DNA of 64,000 nucleotides, from the NCBI RefSeq assembly GCF_025526975.1, contig NW_026515677.1, forward strand, positions 496,001-560,000. The letters run 5' to 3'. Positions 48,434-60,949 of the stretch are shown here, piece after piece; position 1 is the stretch's first letter; the number at the start of each line of letters is the position of its first letter. Position numbers and translations under genes: made by a program. This stretch comes from Fimicolochytrium jonesii (lineage: Eukaryota). Below the pieces are notes generated by a model that saw only the letters and a list, made by a program, of their open reading frames with translations, was not told the DNA's origin and did no database searches.

Positions 48434-49162
48434 ATGCTCGTCCATACCACCCCTCAGGCCGGAGTGCTCCATGCCGTTGCTTTGACCTCCGCGGGCCTCT
48501 TCGCTGGCGCCGCTTTGTACGTCACGGCTGTCGAGGTAAGTTTAGTGTGTCGCGCCATCTTGGCCGGTTGACATCTCCAATTGTCCTTGACTAACCGATC
48601 GCCTCCTTCTAGCATCCTGCTCGCTTCGCACTTTCTGCGGATATCGCTAGGGCTGCGTTCAAGGTGCGTCTATGAGCGATTGTCAATGGCGAATGACGCT
48701 GCATGGCAGGCGCGGTTGGGGATGATCTTGGCGTCCTCCACCGTTCAGTACCGTTCCGGTTCAAACCTTACACCTCTATACCCTTTCGCCGACATCAATT
48801 CCTTACAGCAAAGCTACCCTCGCGCAGCCAGACTCCAAGCAGCGCTCGCAACCATCGCTTCCGGTGCGAGCTTCGCAGTCGGCTACTTGTACAACTCGCA
48901 GCCCCACTACATCTCCGCCGCCGCCTTCCTCAGCATTCCCATCTACACCATCGGCTTGATGCTGCCTTTGAACAAACGGCTGCAGTTTGGCAGTGGGACT
49001 ACAAAGGAGATTGTGACGACTACCAACACGGTGGCGGCTGATAGCAGCGTCTTTGCGGATTTCAGGAAGTGGGGATTGTTGCATCTGACCCGTGTAGTGG
49101 TGTCGGGGATTGGGTTTGGTGCGCTCGTGCTAGCCACACCGTATGCGATCGGTTCCATCTGA
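48434..49162 (+). CDS. DUF1772 (anthrone oxygenase-like) membrane protein, 3 exons
   Basis: Spliced GLFAGAALYVTAVE-HPAR...SYPRAARLQAAL...PIYTIGLMLPLNKRL...WGLLHLTR. Confidence 0.8.
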
Positions 49163-49347
49163 TGTTGACGAAAGATTGGGATGAAGCGATTCCATGCATC
49201 GGGTTGTTGATCGCTGAACTAAATCCCAGGAATGTAACTTAATGGTACAGGTTTGCCAAAAGATCAATCTCGTGTTGAATAATATGTGAATATATATACA
49301 TGAAGCCTGTGCGCCAAGTTCAGGACGACTCTTCCGCGATGCCGATA

Positions 49348-49998
49348 TCAGTTCTCCTCACTATCACTGCTCTCCTTCTCAGCCTCTCCTTTTACTTCCG
49401 CCGCTTTATCGCCTGTGGCAGTAGGTTCGGCATCCTGCTTCGCTGGCGCACCGTCCCCGTCCACTGACGTCTCCGCCATCTTCTGTTTCTTGTCCTTTCC
49501 ATTCTGATTCTTCTGCCTTTTCTTCCGCTTTTCGCGCTTCTTCGCCGTCCGCTCAGCGTCCTCTTTCTTTTGTTGCTCCAGCCTTTCGTGATACAATCGC
49601 TGTTCCTCCTCCTACAGTAACGAGTTAGCTCCATGCCCAGCAATGCTCTTCAACATCTGACAAAGCGATGAAGTACCCACCTCCTTCCCCTTCTCCGTCA
49701 ACACCTTCTGCCGCTCATACTCCTTCCGCCTCAACGCCCTATATACGTGAAACTCCCCACTCCCCGCACCCGCGCTAGATCCCTGGATGTTCCTCACGAA
49801 GTCCCGCGGCGCTTTAACGGTCTTCTCCTTGCGTTCGGGTAACACGATCGGTTTGTCGACCCTGGCCATAAGACGCTCTATGCGCGCGGCTTGTGATTCG
49901 ATGGTCGTGTGGAGACGGAACCGGGACCGTTCGCTGTCTTCGTCGTCGGTGCCGCTTGTGGTGCGCTTGCGTGATTGTGGTGGTGTTTCTGAGGCCAT
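49348..49998 (-). CDS. PRKRIP1: PRKR-interacting protein 1 (DUF1168) homolog, 2 exons
   Basis: FVRNIQGSSAGAGSGEFHVYRALRRKEYER; ERTAKKREKRKKR. Confidence 0.93.
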
Positions 49999-50377
49999 TT
50001 TTGCTGTGATCCCGAACGATTTACAACTTACAAGTAGGGCAAAGGTGGGAGATGCTTGCTGGGGCAATGTGAATTTAAATTCGGAGGAAGTCTGGGAGGA
50101 AGTTGAAGACGACGACGCGGGGCTTCTCCCAGGGCTTCTCCCCTTTCTCCCTGCTTCGCTGCACGTCCAACTCCGCTCGGCCTCACAGGGCTGTCCTCGC
50201 AACGCAAGCTTCCGAATTTCTCGCTCTTCTCTGCAGCGAAGACTCCCACTTTGCTATCCATATTCCCCTTACCGGGAAGGAAACAGTGAATTACATTCCC
50301 TTCCACAACGACGGAGTGTGGAGAAACAGCAGAATATCCAAGCACAATCCCTGCAAACCCAACAAACGAAACCAAAT

Positions 50378-51278
50378 ATGCCGGGCCTCGAACTCCCCGA
50401 CTACAGCAGGACCAATATATGGCTAGCTGCCGCTGAGGACCGGAGTGATCTCGTCGAGGTAGATCTCCTTTTATTTTTTTTTACCACACGTCTGCCACTA
50501 CTGACTTTGTTGTTTTCGCAGCACTTTTTGAAATACGGTGGACCAGACGGCACGCCTTTAGCACCGGATGTGAAGGACGAGAATGGATATACCCCACTGT
50601 AAGGATTTTATATTCAACTGCTGGGAGTTGCTCCTTGTACAGTCACCCATCCACCCTCCACTACCAGCCATGCAGCAGTCTCCTACTCCAACATCCAAAT
50701 CATCAAAATGCTCGTCACCCAGTACAACGCCGACGTGAACGTGACCGACAACGACGGCGACACGCCGCTGCACGTGTGCGAGACTGTGGAGGCGGCGGAG
50801 TGTCTGAAAGAACTGGGCGCGGATATGACGAGGGAGAATGACGAGGGGAAGAAGGTGCGTTCCGGGAGAGGGGTAATGGATAGCGGGTGTTGGCTGCTGG
50901 GATGGTGGATGGGTTGCTTACAGGCTGGTGGTTTGCTTGTAGCCGATCGAAACGGCGTATGCCGAAGAACTTGATGACGTTGTTGAGTATTTGAAGCGTG
51001 AGTGCCATCATTCTCCAGCTCTGCCCGAAACATCTGGCGGATCACTGACTCACTGCAACTATCATTTCTCAGAATTCACACCAGACATCGAACTAGGCGA
51101 ACGTGATTCTGCCACCCAGATCCCTCCGGAACTTCTGCATCTCTTTGCGAACGCTGTGGAGAATGGGACGCTGGAAGTTGAGGGTGCGATCGATGCGGAT
51201 GCGAATGATGGGAGTGGGGATGAGGGGAAAGAGGGGGAGGAGCAGGATGAAGGGAGTGATGAGGAGAAGCAATCGTGA
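50378..51278 (+). CDS. Small ankyrin-repeat protein, multi-exon
   Basis: NIWLAAAE, KDENGYTPL, ADVNVTDNDGDTPLHVCE; acidic tail. Confidence 0.85.
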
Positions 51279-51783
51279 AGGAGTCAATTTGTGACAAATC
51301 GAGCGCCCGCTGTGAGCATACCGTACCGAAACGACGCTGGGCGGCACACATTTGCAGCCGCTTTGGCGCATGAGCTGCCGCTGCTCGTAGCATGACCCAT
51401 GTTCGCTGCTCGAGTGTGCCTCCCGTTAGGGCGGCGGGGTACACGAGGTGTTCTTGGGACGCCTTTGCCATGAGCGCCACGATCGTCCGCGTCGGGAAGC
51501 CAATCGTCACGTAGTAATAGCCTCCCATGACCATAGTCGCCAATCCCGCAGTGGACGGAACGCAAGTACTCATAACCCGTTGCATTAGCGTAGATATCCG
51601 AGCTGGCACCACGCACGAATACCCCACTGTGCCGTTCACTATCGCAATGTAAATACGTAGAAGCGGCCAAGGATATGTTCACGACTGTATACACACTACA
51701 TGCATCGCCTATTCTCCTACATACCCCAAAAAACGACGTTTTCACCCGCACGAGGTCCCGCAAGTAATCCCTTCCGGTACGCC

Positions 51784-52383
51784 TCACTTTGTCTGATTGA
51801 CGTGCCCACATTTCTTACACGTTCGTAACTCTTCCGTTGCAAAGTAGCGCTCGATGACTGGTTTGAGCTGCGTGCCCAGATCTGTGCAGTAGAATGATTC
51901 CGAATAGACAATGGATTTACAGGTTTCGCAGTACCATTGCAATGTGTCTGATGGTTACGACGGATGAGATACGAGTGATATCCAAGACATAGAGGCCAGA
52001 AACAAAGGAGTAGACCTACCATTAGTACCCTCAGGCCTCTTCCTCTCAATCACAATCCCCACCGTCTTCTCAAACCTCACCGGATTATGCGGCGTATTCC
52101 CCGGCAACATAAACATATCCCCCTCCCCAATCTCCACATCCCTAAACACCTCCTCCCCACCATCCCCCTTCTCCACGACCTTGAGCACCATCGCGCCCTT
52201 GACCTGATAGAACCACTCCTCCGTCGGGTTGACGTGGTAGTCGGTGCGCTTGTTGGGTCCGCCGACGACCATGACGGTGAAGTCTTGCGTGTTGTAGAGG
52301 CAGTAGTTGTTGACGGGCGGTTGGAGGAGGTGGGATTGGGTGCGGAGGAAGGCCGGGAAGTTTATGGGTGGTGGGAGGGGCAT
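51784..52383 (-). CDS. BNA1: 3-hydroxyanthranilate 3,4-dioxygenase, 2 exons
   Basis: [34 protein letters not shown]; exon 2 LQWYCETC...DLGTQLKP...RTCKKCG. Confidence 0.96.
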
Positions 52384-53104
52384 CTTGAGGGTGGTGAGGG
52401 GTGTGACGTGTGGGAGGTGACGGACAAGTGCAGAAGAGATTGGATTGGACCGAGCGACCAAGCGAAGGCGGCTGAATATATATACGATTCAGGAAGGCGA
52501 TTGACTGCCGTACCGAAGCGAAGTGAGCGTCAGGAGCGTCAGGGCGTCCTTTCCCTTGTATTTGTCAGGTGGTAGGAGGCCAAAATTGCACAAGTTCACA
52601 GCCCAGCATTTCGCGAGTTTCGAGTTCCGACGCGCGAGGTGCTTTCTGCTTGCTCCATTCCTGGCTCCATTCCTTCGACATTCGTAGGCAACACCGGGGA
52701 AGCCAGAAGTCTACTCATTGCCCACCCAATAGACATATACCCAGACATATCAAGCCGTCCCTCGCTGTTAGTTGACGGCGTGCTCTACCCCTGTGGATTA
52801 CCATCAACGGACATACTCCCCCCACTTTTGGAGATCTAGCGCTATCTCGCTCGTACAAAACCGTAGCAGCTTGTATCCACCGACCATCGATAATCACACC
52901 ACTGCATTTAGAGCTCTACAAGCAAAGCAGACACCAGTTCCCTGTCACTAGCCGCTCGTTTGAACAGTCTCAACCGGTGGCTTTTCCTATTTCCTTCGTC
53001 TTAACCGGGAACTTCGAAAAGCGGGGCAGTTCAGAATTTCTTGTCGAAAAACATTCCCTTCATACATACTACCGCGGCACGCTACACCACGATAATATCA
53101 CAGC

Positions 53105-54079
53105 ATGTTGAACCTCGATCCCACATCGCTAGCGTTTCCCGATGCGCAAGGGCCGCAGGTCTCGGTGCGGGAGGTGACGCCCACAACGATCACGTTTGTG
53201 CTGAGCAATACGGAGCTGGCCCTCGCTAATGCGTTGAGGAGGGTCATGATGGCGGAGGTATCGACGGTCGCTATTGATTTGGTGGATTTTGATACGAATA
53301 CGGTGTGTATGGGTGGTGGGTGAGGGGTTGGTTGGACGAACTATGACGATTGCTAGGAAATTGAACGATTCCCAACCCATAACTCATCTTTTTTCCCAAT
53401 GCATGCGTCCCGAAAATAGAGCGTGCTGGCAGACGAGTTCATCGCACACCGCCTCGGTCTTATCCCAATTGTCTCCACCCACGTCGACGAGCTCACCGAA
53501 CGACACGAATGCAACTGCGTCTCACACTGCCAAGACTGCTCCGTTGAACTCACCCTCGACGTAACCTGCCAAAGCGAATCCTCTATCGGCGTCTATTCCT
53601 GCGACCTCCTCTCCAACCACCCCAGTTTTGAAACCTACCTCGAGCACCCAGGCGACAAGGGCATCCTCATCGCCAAACTGCGCAAGGGCCAATCCCTCCG
53701 TGTCCGCTGTATCGCACGCAGAGGTACCGCGAAAGAACACGCCAAATGGGGCGCATGTACCGGCGTCGCCTTCGAATACGACCCCCACAACCGGCTCCGA
53801 CATACCACGTACTGGCACGAGGAGGACATCAAAAAGGAATGGCCCAAATCAGCTTACGCGGACGAGGAGCCTGAGCCGAAGGATGGTGACCCGTTCGACT
53901 ACAATGCGAAACCGGAGCGGTTCTATTTTACGGTGGAGAGTACGGGTTCCTTACCACCGGCGGACATTGTGACGAGGGGGCTGGAGGTGCTGCAGAGGAA
54001 GCTAGCAACGGTGCATGATTCGTTGAGGAGGGTGGCGGAAAGTCAGGGGGAGACTGCGGTGCCGTTGGTGTACATGTGA
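53105..54079 (+). CDS. RPB3: RNA polymerase II subunit RPB3, 2 exons
   Basis: LANALRRVMMAEV, VLADEFIAHRLGLIP, CNC..CQDCSV, KEHAKW and FEYDPHNRLRHT. Confidence 0.97.
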
Positions 54080-54740
54080 AGGAAGGAGCAAGAGTGGAAG
54101 AGAGAGTCTTTGCGAAGAGGAAGAAGGTCGTAGTCTTGGCGTACATTGGATGGGCGCCGAAAGAGGAGTCTGTGGATAGGCGCACGAAACATCCCTCGGG
54201 AGGTTCCGCGATGCTCGTTTTCCAACGTCTTTCATGTACCTAGCTTGATATCTATTCATCTCTGTAATATATCATGCACATTTGCAGAGGGTCAGCAAGA
54301 AAGTCATGAACTTCGCAGGCCGCAAAGGGAAGGCTAAGTAGTGCAGTGTGTCGTACGAGTCGGACCAGCGGACGCGTAAAATGGAAGACGAGGCAGCCCT
54401 CTCACCCTGTGCTTCCCCATTGCTTCGCCCATGAGCGAACCTTCTCGATTTCGGGCCACTTCAGCACCCCTGGCATATCTGACTAGCTTCGCTCAAGTCT
54501 CTCGATACCTGGGCTCCACACAAACCGGCTCTCAGCGTGCCAGCCTACCAAATAACACTCTCAAGTGACCACAAAGAAAGCGAACGGGTGGGGCAGCCGG
54601 CGCTGACGAGGGACACCCTAATTGTATATTGTCGTGGTGGGTCACATTCCAGTGGAAGGTTTGGAGAGGACCACTTACGGATGCCGACAAACGATTAGCG
54701 TCGAAGCAATCCCGATAAGCAGCTGGTCGAGCGTCAGTGC

Positions 54741-56490
54741 ATGACGGATAAAGTCGGCGCAAACCGGACCACAATGGCGGCGTGCTGCGATGCACCCTCT
54801 CCCGAAGAACTAAACGACGGCTCGATCGTCTGCGACTCCTGCGGTAAAGTTATCGGCACCGTCGAACTCCGTACAGAAGTTGCAGATACCCTCGAAGGAG
54901 AGCAAAGGAGCCGCTTTCTCCAAACCGTGCCCACAAATGGTGGTCTTCGAGGGTCGATGTTTCACAATGCTTCCTATGATTTCTTAAAGACCCGTAACAT
55001 CGAGATGGAGGTGAAGGACCGGCTAACGAGGTTGAAATTGGGACAATATGCGGACGCCGTGTTGAAGATGTTCTGGGCTACGGAGAAGGCGATTTTGAGG
55101 TCTGGGAGGACGAAGGTTCGATACGGACCGCTTTCGGCTGCTTGTGTTTGGTTGAATGTTAGACGGTTTGGGCTCTCGACGGCGGTCGATGAAGTTATGG
55201 TAGGTCTTTTGGTTTTCATATCTGGCGCGGGATTTGTTACCGGACCCCCACTGAACCGGCTTCGTTTCCTTCACACTATAGGTTGCATTCGAGGTCACAG
55301 CACAGCACTTGAAAAGAGCGCTAAACCTCATACAGAAGCACACGCCAATCCCCGAAACATCCAGCCTCTACTATAACTTCGAAACTTATCTCGACAAAGT
55401 CTGTCACGGCATAGCAAAACGGGTCAAATCCCCCGAGCTGGAGCCCACCTTGCGAAAGCGCGCCCGCATTATACTCGATGTCGCCAGACGAGGGTGTTTC
55501 CACGAAGGCAAGAACCCGGCAATGCTGGCGGCCGCAGCTGCATGTCTAGCATACGAGGCGCACTTCCGGAAGAAGGCACCGCCAGGTATCCCGGAACATG
55601 CGGCCGGAATTCTTGCCCAGGAGCACCAACACGTGTCGTACCGTTACATTGAGCTGAAGGATATGTTGACGACCTGCGCCAAAGTGTTTCCGTTCTTTAC
55701 GGACGAGATGCTGAAGCCGAAGATGTTTCATCGCTCGCTATCGGAAATCATCGACGTGCTGGGTGAAGAGGAACGCACTAGGACAGAGGAGGATGAAGCG
55801 AGAGTGCGTGATTCATCGGCTAGAACATCGTCTGGAACGCCAATGATCGAAACGCCACCAGTCGTCACTGTTGAGAGGATGAACAAAGCTCTCGTTCCGC
55901 CAACATTCGCCATCAACGCGCGGAAAACCGAGTATCTCACCCGCCGGATCAAGAAAGCCAAAATCCGCATCAATCAATTCTACTACTGTGAACTGAGTAG
56001 CTGCGGCGAGAGCTCGGCGGACGAAGATACCATCGAACCCGTCCCTCCGACCTTTCCCACTAGGATCCCGTCGCTTGCAGAGATGGACAGAGACGAGCGC
56101 GATCATACCGACAAGCGGATCGAACAGCTGCTCTTGGATGAATACTCTGATCAGCAGATCTTGTCTATGGGGCACCGCATCCATACGAATCGGCGCTATG
56201 ACCCTACCTTGCCTCCGTCAGCCGATATTTTGAGTTCATCTGTCCTGCCCCAGCGGTCTGCCCTGCGCCAGCGGCCCGACGCAGCGGTTCCCATTACGCC
56301 TGATGCAAGTGCGAGCGAACATGAGGAAGAGGAGATGCTGCAAGTGCCTAGTCATACGGAAACAAGGCCTGCGAAAAGGAAAAGAGCGCGGCAGTCGAAG
56401 AAGGGATCGAAAGAAAATGTAGATCAGGTAGCACGGAAACGACGGCAATTGTCGAGGAAGGTGGGGGTAATGGAGGAGTTGAGAGCGTAG
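54741..56490 (+). CDS. TFIIB-related factor (BRF-like), 2 exons
   Basis: N-terminal Zn ribbon (CC...IVCDSCG); two cyclin-fold repeats (AACVWLNVRR; GKNPAMLAAAAACLA). Confidence 0.7.
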
Positions 56491-56974
56491 CCGCGTTAGT
56501 GAACGGGCACCCTGTATATACCCGCCGGAAGGCCACATACTATTAGTACATAATGATTTTGATGCTGGCACAGCAGCTATGACGGCGTTTAGTGGAATAT
56601 GATCAACGGAAAGAAAGCCTGCCATTTCGAGGATGTCGGGCGCTCAGGCGGATGGGATGCCGTCAAAATTCCCTGAACGCGCTGTCGCATTCGGTAAAAC
56701 GGGGGCCCTTGCGCAAATAATCGTCACTGATTGCGCATTTCTGTTGACTTTCTGAGGAGAGACGCAAGCCTCTAGTTGCAGAAAGACCCCTTGAATGAGT
56801 TGAACATTTCCCTCTTCGCACCTCTCCAAAGCAGTACCGCAGAACTATAAGTCTATAAGAGAGCACCCACCACAGATACAACAACTCTTCAACCTAGCCA
56901 TACTCGTCCTATCACCGCCTTACCCACCACCACCACTCTTAACCAACCCACACCCTTCGAAAACAGAAGCAAGT

Positions 56975-57842
56975 ATGACCCGAACCCATACGCACTCGAA
57001 CGGCCCTAAAGCCGAGAGCCGCGACCACCACTTGACCCGTAAGGGCGCTGGTGGGGCGACTAAGAAGGGAGGGGCTGGGAAGGTACGTTGTTTCGGCAGT
57101 TCAGGGTGGTCTCTTCGGATTGGTTGTGGGACTTGAACGTGGGTTGCGAAGCTCTACTTGGGACGTCCTATATCCTATCTCGCATGTCCGCATCAATGTC
57201 TGACATTCCCCATCTCCATCTCCATCACCCCCGCAACATACGGCAGCACAACTGGGGCACGACCCTCGTCTCGGACGTGGACGAGATCCTCGCGCACGAG
57301 CACGGGGACAGGTTCGCGAGCGTGGCTGATAAGGACGAGTTGGAACATATCGCCGATCTCGAGGAGGCGTTGGATAAGAAGTACGAGGGGCGTGTGCAGG
57401 TTAGTACAGTTGGGACCGGGGAGGGGGGATGTGGACGTGGATGGGGCGCGTCGCTGCATTGTGTGCGCGATTTGGGGGTGTAGGGGGAAGGAAGTTGGGA
57501 CTCTTGTCGTGTGGAATGGGGTTGATGCGGGAGGGCGGTGTGCATCAGGCTATGAGGGGGTTTCCGTCTACTACACCGTCGGGGCGGAAACGAATGAAAC
57601 GGCGAGAGGCACTATAACTTGAGCACAACATTCCAACATCGGTAACCTGCCTCCTTCTCCTTCCCGACGACAGTCAACCAACGCCGAAGCGTTCGAAAAA
57701 GAACATGGCGTCAACGTCGATTCGGTCCGGGAGGCTGCGCGTGAGCATGTTCCTGTAAGTAGATCCGAACCACTCTTGTAGTCTAACCTCTGTTACCGCC
57801 CCCCCGCTTCCCATCTCACCGCCAACACCCCCACAGGCTTGA
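56975..57842 (+). CDS. Small STF2/TMA10 (HABP4-like) protein, ~4 exons
   Basis: MTRTH...KKGGAGK-HNWG motif across the first intron; later exons inferred from GT-AG sites. Confidence 0.6.
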
Positions 57843-58454
57843 ACAAAACCCCAAACCCGGTCCATGTGTGCAACCTGTCAAATGCGACCGCCTCATGTAG
57901 GGTTTAGCGTCAGATAGCATAGCACGGCCGGGCGGGGTTTATGGTCCAAAAACGCCTGAACGTTTCGGCTGTTTGGTTGGCTTTCTTTCTTTCCTTGTAT
58001 TCCCCCGCGGTTTGTTTTAGGCACCCTGGGCAGTCTTTTGTTTGTTCATGTATACCTTTCTTTTGCGTGCATTGAATCTCAACAAACAAAACATCATGTG
58101 CAAACGGCATTTTCTCATGTCAAATGCCCAGGTCGAACAAAAGGTCATTGCATAACAGAAACAAAAATTTCGATTTTCCGCCAAAGTACAACAAGAGCAG
58201 TACATCGGAATACATCTGTACATGGCCCAGATCCCAAAGCACGTGGATGGCAAACAAGATGTCACCAACAATCGGAGAGGGGTGGGGTAGAGGGCACAAG
58301 GCAACGTTTTCTCAAAAACCAAGATGTTTACAAAAAGCAAATCCATACAATCCACCAATTTCGGGGAGGGGAGTACGTGTATAGATGCGGGGGGGGGGGG
58401 GTATTAGGGTAGGGTAGGGGCGTCGGATGGCACTTCTGATCCGAAAAAGCACAC

Positions 58455-60242
58455 TCAACAACGAACGGTAAGGACAGCAGCCAAAGCGATGGTCTGCTTC
58501 ACCATGTGTGCAGCGTGAGCGCGTGCAGCGGGGTCGGTGACGCGGTCGAGGGTGGGGATGGGTTGGAGTTCGCCGAGTTTGAGGGATTCGAAGGCTGCGC
58601 GGACGATATCTTGCGGGCGGAGGGTCGCAAAGCGGTGGGTACGGGATGGAGTGGTCGATGGGGTGGAAAGGGTGTGAGGGGTCGTGGTTTCTTCTTCGGT
58701 TGCGATTTGATATTCGAGGCTCGATATCTCATCTTCCGCATCCTCGGTGATTTGAGATGGTTCCGGGCTTTTCGGGGCTTCAACCGATTTGGGGGCTTCG
58801 ATTGAAAGTTCCGGGGTTGCTTCCACAGCGTGCTCGTCCTTGCCAGCGTCCTTGTCAGCGATACGCTTGACAAGATCCAAAAACGACGTAGCGGCTTCTC
58901 GAGCCGCAGTTTCGTCATGCTCTTCATAGATCGACGGTCGCCTCGACGACGATAAAGCAGGTGCAGGAACGCGAACGGAATGTACTTGCAGTCGCTGGCT
59001 GACATGCCTGAAATCCTGCATGTGGTGGAAGGAGTTTGTGCCTGTAGATGCGGCGGCAGACGTAGCCGTGGTCGGATTGGTCGAGTCACGGTTGAAGTTC
59101 AGCAATCGACCCTGCTTCTCCCTGAACTCTTTCAATTCTCTCTTCAGGTCCTCATTTTCCTTGGCTTTTGCCTCCAACGAGCTCTTCAGACTTGTGTTCT
59201 CCTTCCGTAGCACCTCCACCTCATCCTCCAACTGGGTCACGTACTCCTTCCGTCGGACGCGGAAATTGCGAGCGGATAGCTTATTGCGGAGTTGACGCTT
59301 CTCTTTCGGCGTGATAGAGTCGTCAGCCTCGAGCTCCTCAACGAATTGACGGAGATCTTCCAAACTGTAGCCGATATTATCGAGGGAGAATTTGTCGGCG
59401 CGAGATTTCGTGCTCGTTGCGTCCGAGGCCTTCTTTTTGTTTGGTTTTAGGGGTTGCGCTGGCGCGTCAGGCGAGGAATCGCGACTGGCGGGGTGATCGA
59501 CGCTTTCCATCCCCGGTGAGTCTTCCTTCTCGTAACAGAACTCGACCGTATCCGCAACTGCCTTCGGCTCCTGTTCCTGTTTCACATGTTTCACTGGCGA
59601 CGGGCTGGCGACTCGACGTCGCTTTTTCTGGGATGGTCTCGTGCCAGTCGATCGTGATGGCGTCGGCGGCGTGACCGTATCGGGAATCGCTATCGGTTGC
59701 TGCTTTTGTGTTCTCCGGGATGCTCTCTCCTTTTTGATGATAGGGCGCTCCTCCTCTTCTTTCTCTTCTTCTTCGAGCACGTTATCAGCCACCGGAGGTG
59801 ATATCCGTGACTGAGCCGTCGCGTCGGGCGCAAAGATTCTAGGATCCACGACTGCCGATTCCTGCTCTATATTCAATGACTCGTCAAACGTCTCCATCAT
59901 GGGAAAGAACGGGAGTAAATCCATTCCCAACGCTGCTGAAGGTGGCTCATCGGCGTCGGTAAGGTTTCTCGAATCTGCGAAAGATGGGGACGGGTGGTGC
60001 GTATATGGGTCGGAGAGGTAACCCTCTTCGGGTGCCAGGAGCGGTTGCTCCTGCTGTCGTATTGTGACATCGCTGGCATCACCAGTGGCCGGGTCGGTTT
60101 CTAGGTTCAAATACTCCTGCATATCGAGTTCGAACTGATTCTGCGCGTCGGCTTCCGCGATCGCTAACTCCGCCGAGACAGGCTCATAGGTAGCCGTGCA
60201 CGGGAAGACGTCAAAAGCGGAATCTTGATCGTTGTCGTGCAT
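58455..60242 (-). CDS. bZIP transcription factor
   Basis: KEKRQLRNKLSARNFRVRRKEYVTQLEDEVEVLRKENTSL basic region plus leucine zipper. Confidence 0.92.
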   Translation of the reverse strand: MHDNDQDSAFDVFPCTATYEPVSAELAIAEADAQNQFELDMQEYLNLETDPATGDASDVTIRQQEQPLLAPEEGYLSDPYTHHPSPSFADSRNLTDADEPPSAALGMDLLPFFPMMETFDESLNIEQESAVVDPRIFAPDATAQSRISPPVADNVLEEEEKEEEERPIIKKERASRRTQKQQPIAIPDTVTPPTPSRSTGTRPSQKKRRRVASPSPVKHVKQEQEPKAVADTVEFCYEKEDSPGMESVDHPASRDSSPDAPAQPLKPNKKKASDATSTKSRADKFSLDNIGYSLEDLRQFVEELEADDSITPKEKRQLRNKLSARNFRVRRKEYVTQLEDEVEVLRKENTSLKSSLEAKAKENEDLKRELKEFREKQGRLLNFNRDSTNPTTATSAAASTGTNSFHHMQDFRHVSQRLQVHSVRVPAPALSSSRRPSIYEEHDETAAREAATSFLDLVKRIADKDAGKDEHAVEATPELSIEAPKSVEAPKSPEPSQITEDAEDEISSLEYQIATEEETTTPHTLSTPSTTPSRTHRFATLRPQDIVRAAFESLKLGELQPIPTLDRVTDPAARAHAAHMVKQTIALAAVLTVRC

Positions 60243-60949
60243 CGTGCTTGCAAGTCGTCGACGAGGTTGCCAATTGCTATGCTGCCCTCTGTTCCCACGG
60301 CCTCAGGTCTGAACGTGGGAGGGGCTGGAGTTCGTATCGGGATCGGGGGGAATGGCCTCTTGAACGTGCGCGGGATGCTGCGAAAACTGCGCCGATCTGG
60401 GAACGTTCCTATATGAGGCAAGAGAGAAACTGAACGGGGGGGGCGCCGGATATGGCGGCGGTAGTCAGGTGGGGGTGGGAGGGTGTGAGAGGGTGGGTAT
60501 TGTTGGTTTGTGCTGAAGGACGGTGCTGGAGGGGAAAGGGGGGAAGCGGCTATGCTTATTGTATGTATATATGGCCTGCTCTCAAATCATTCTTCCGTCT
60601 CGCTCTGCCCGAGAGACCGAGAGACCACTGCGCCGCGCGTGGGTGTCGTGTCCCTCGCTTCGCTGCTGGGTTCGCTGCTTCCCTTGAGTCTGCAAAGTAC
60701 TGTATGTACGTATGCAAGACCTCGAAGTCGGGAAGCGGCTCCAGACGAGGACAACAACCACCGCCCCTTCTATCTACCACTACAAGACAGAAAGAAGAGT
60801 GTCAATGGTGCGCCGTAAACTTGGCTCGAGAGGAGAAGAACGCAAAAGGGAAAACCGTCTAACGAAACGAAGCCTATTCGAGAGGCTTCAGTACACACTC
60901 ACCCGAACTGCGCTGCGGAACTGGATTAGACCACCGTTTCTTCTGCGTC

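Noticed and set aside
51284..51780. ORFs between the ankyrin gene and BNA1
   Set aside because: No motifs; probably convergent 3' UTR or intergenic sequence
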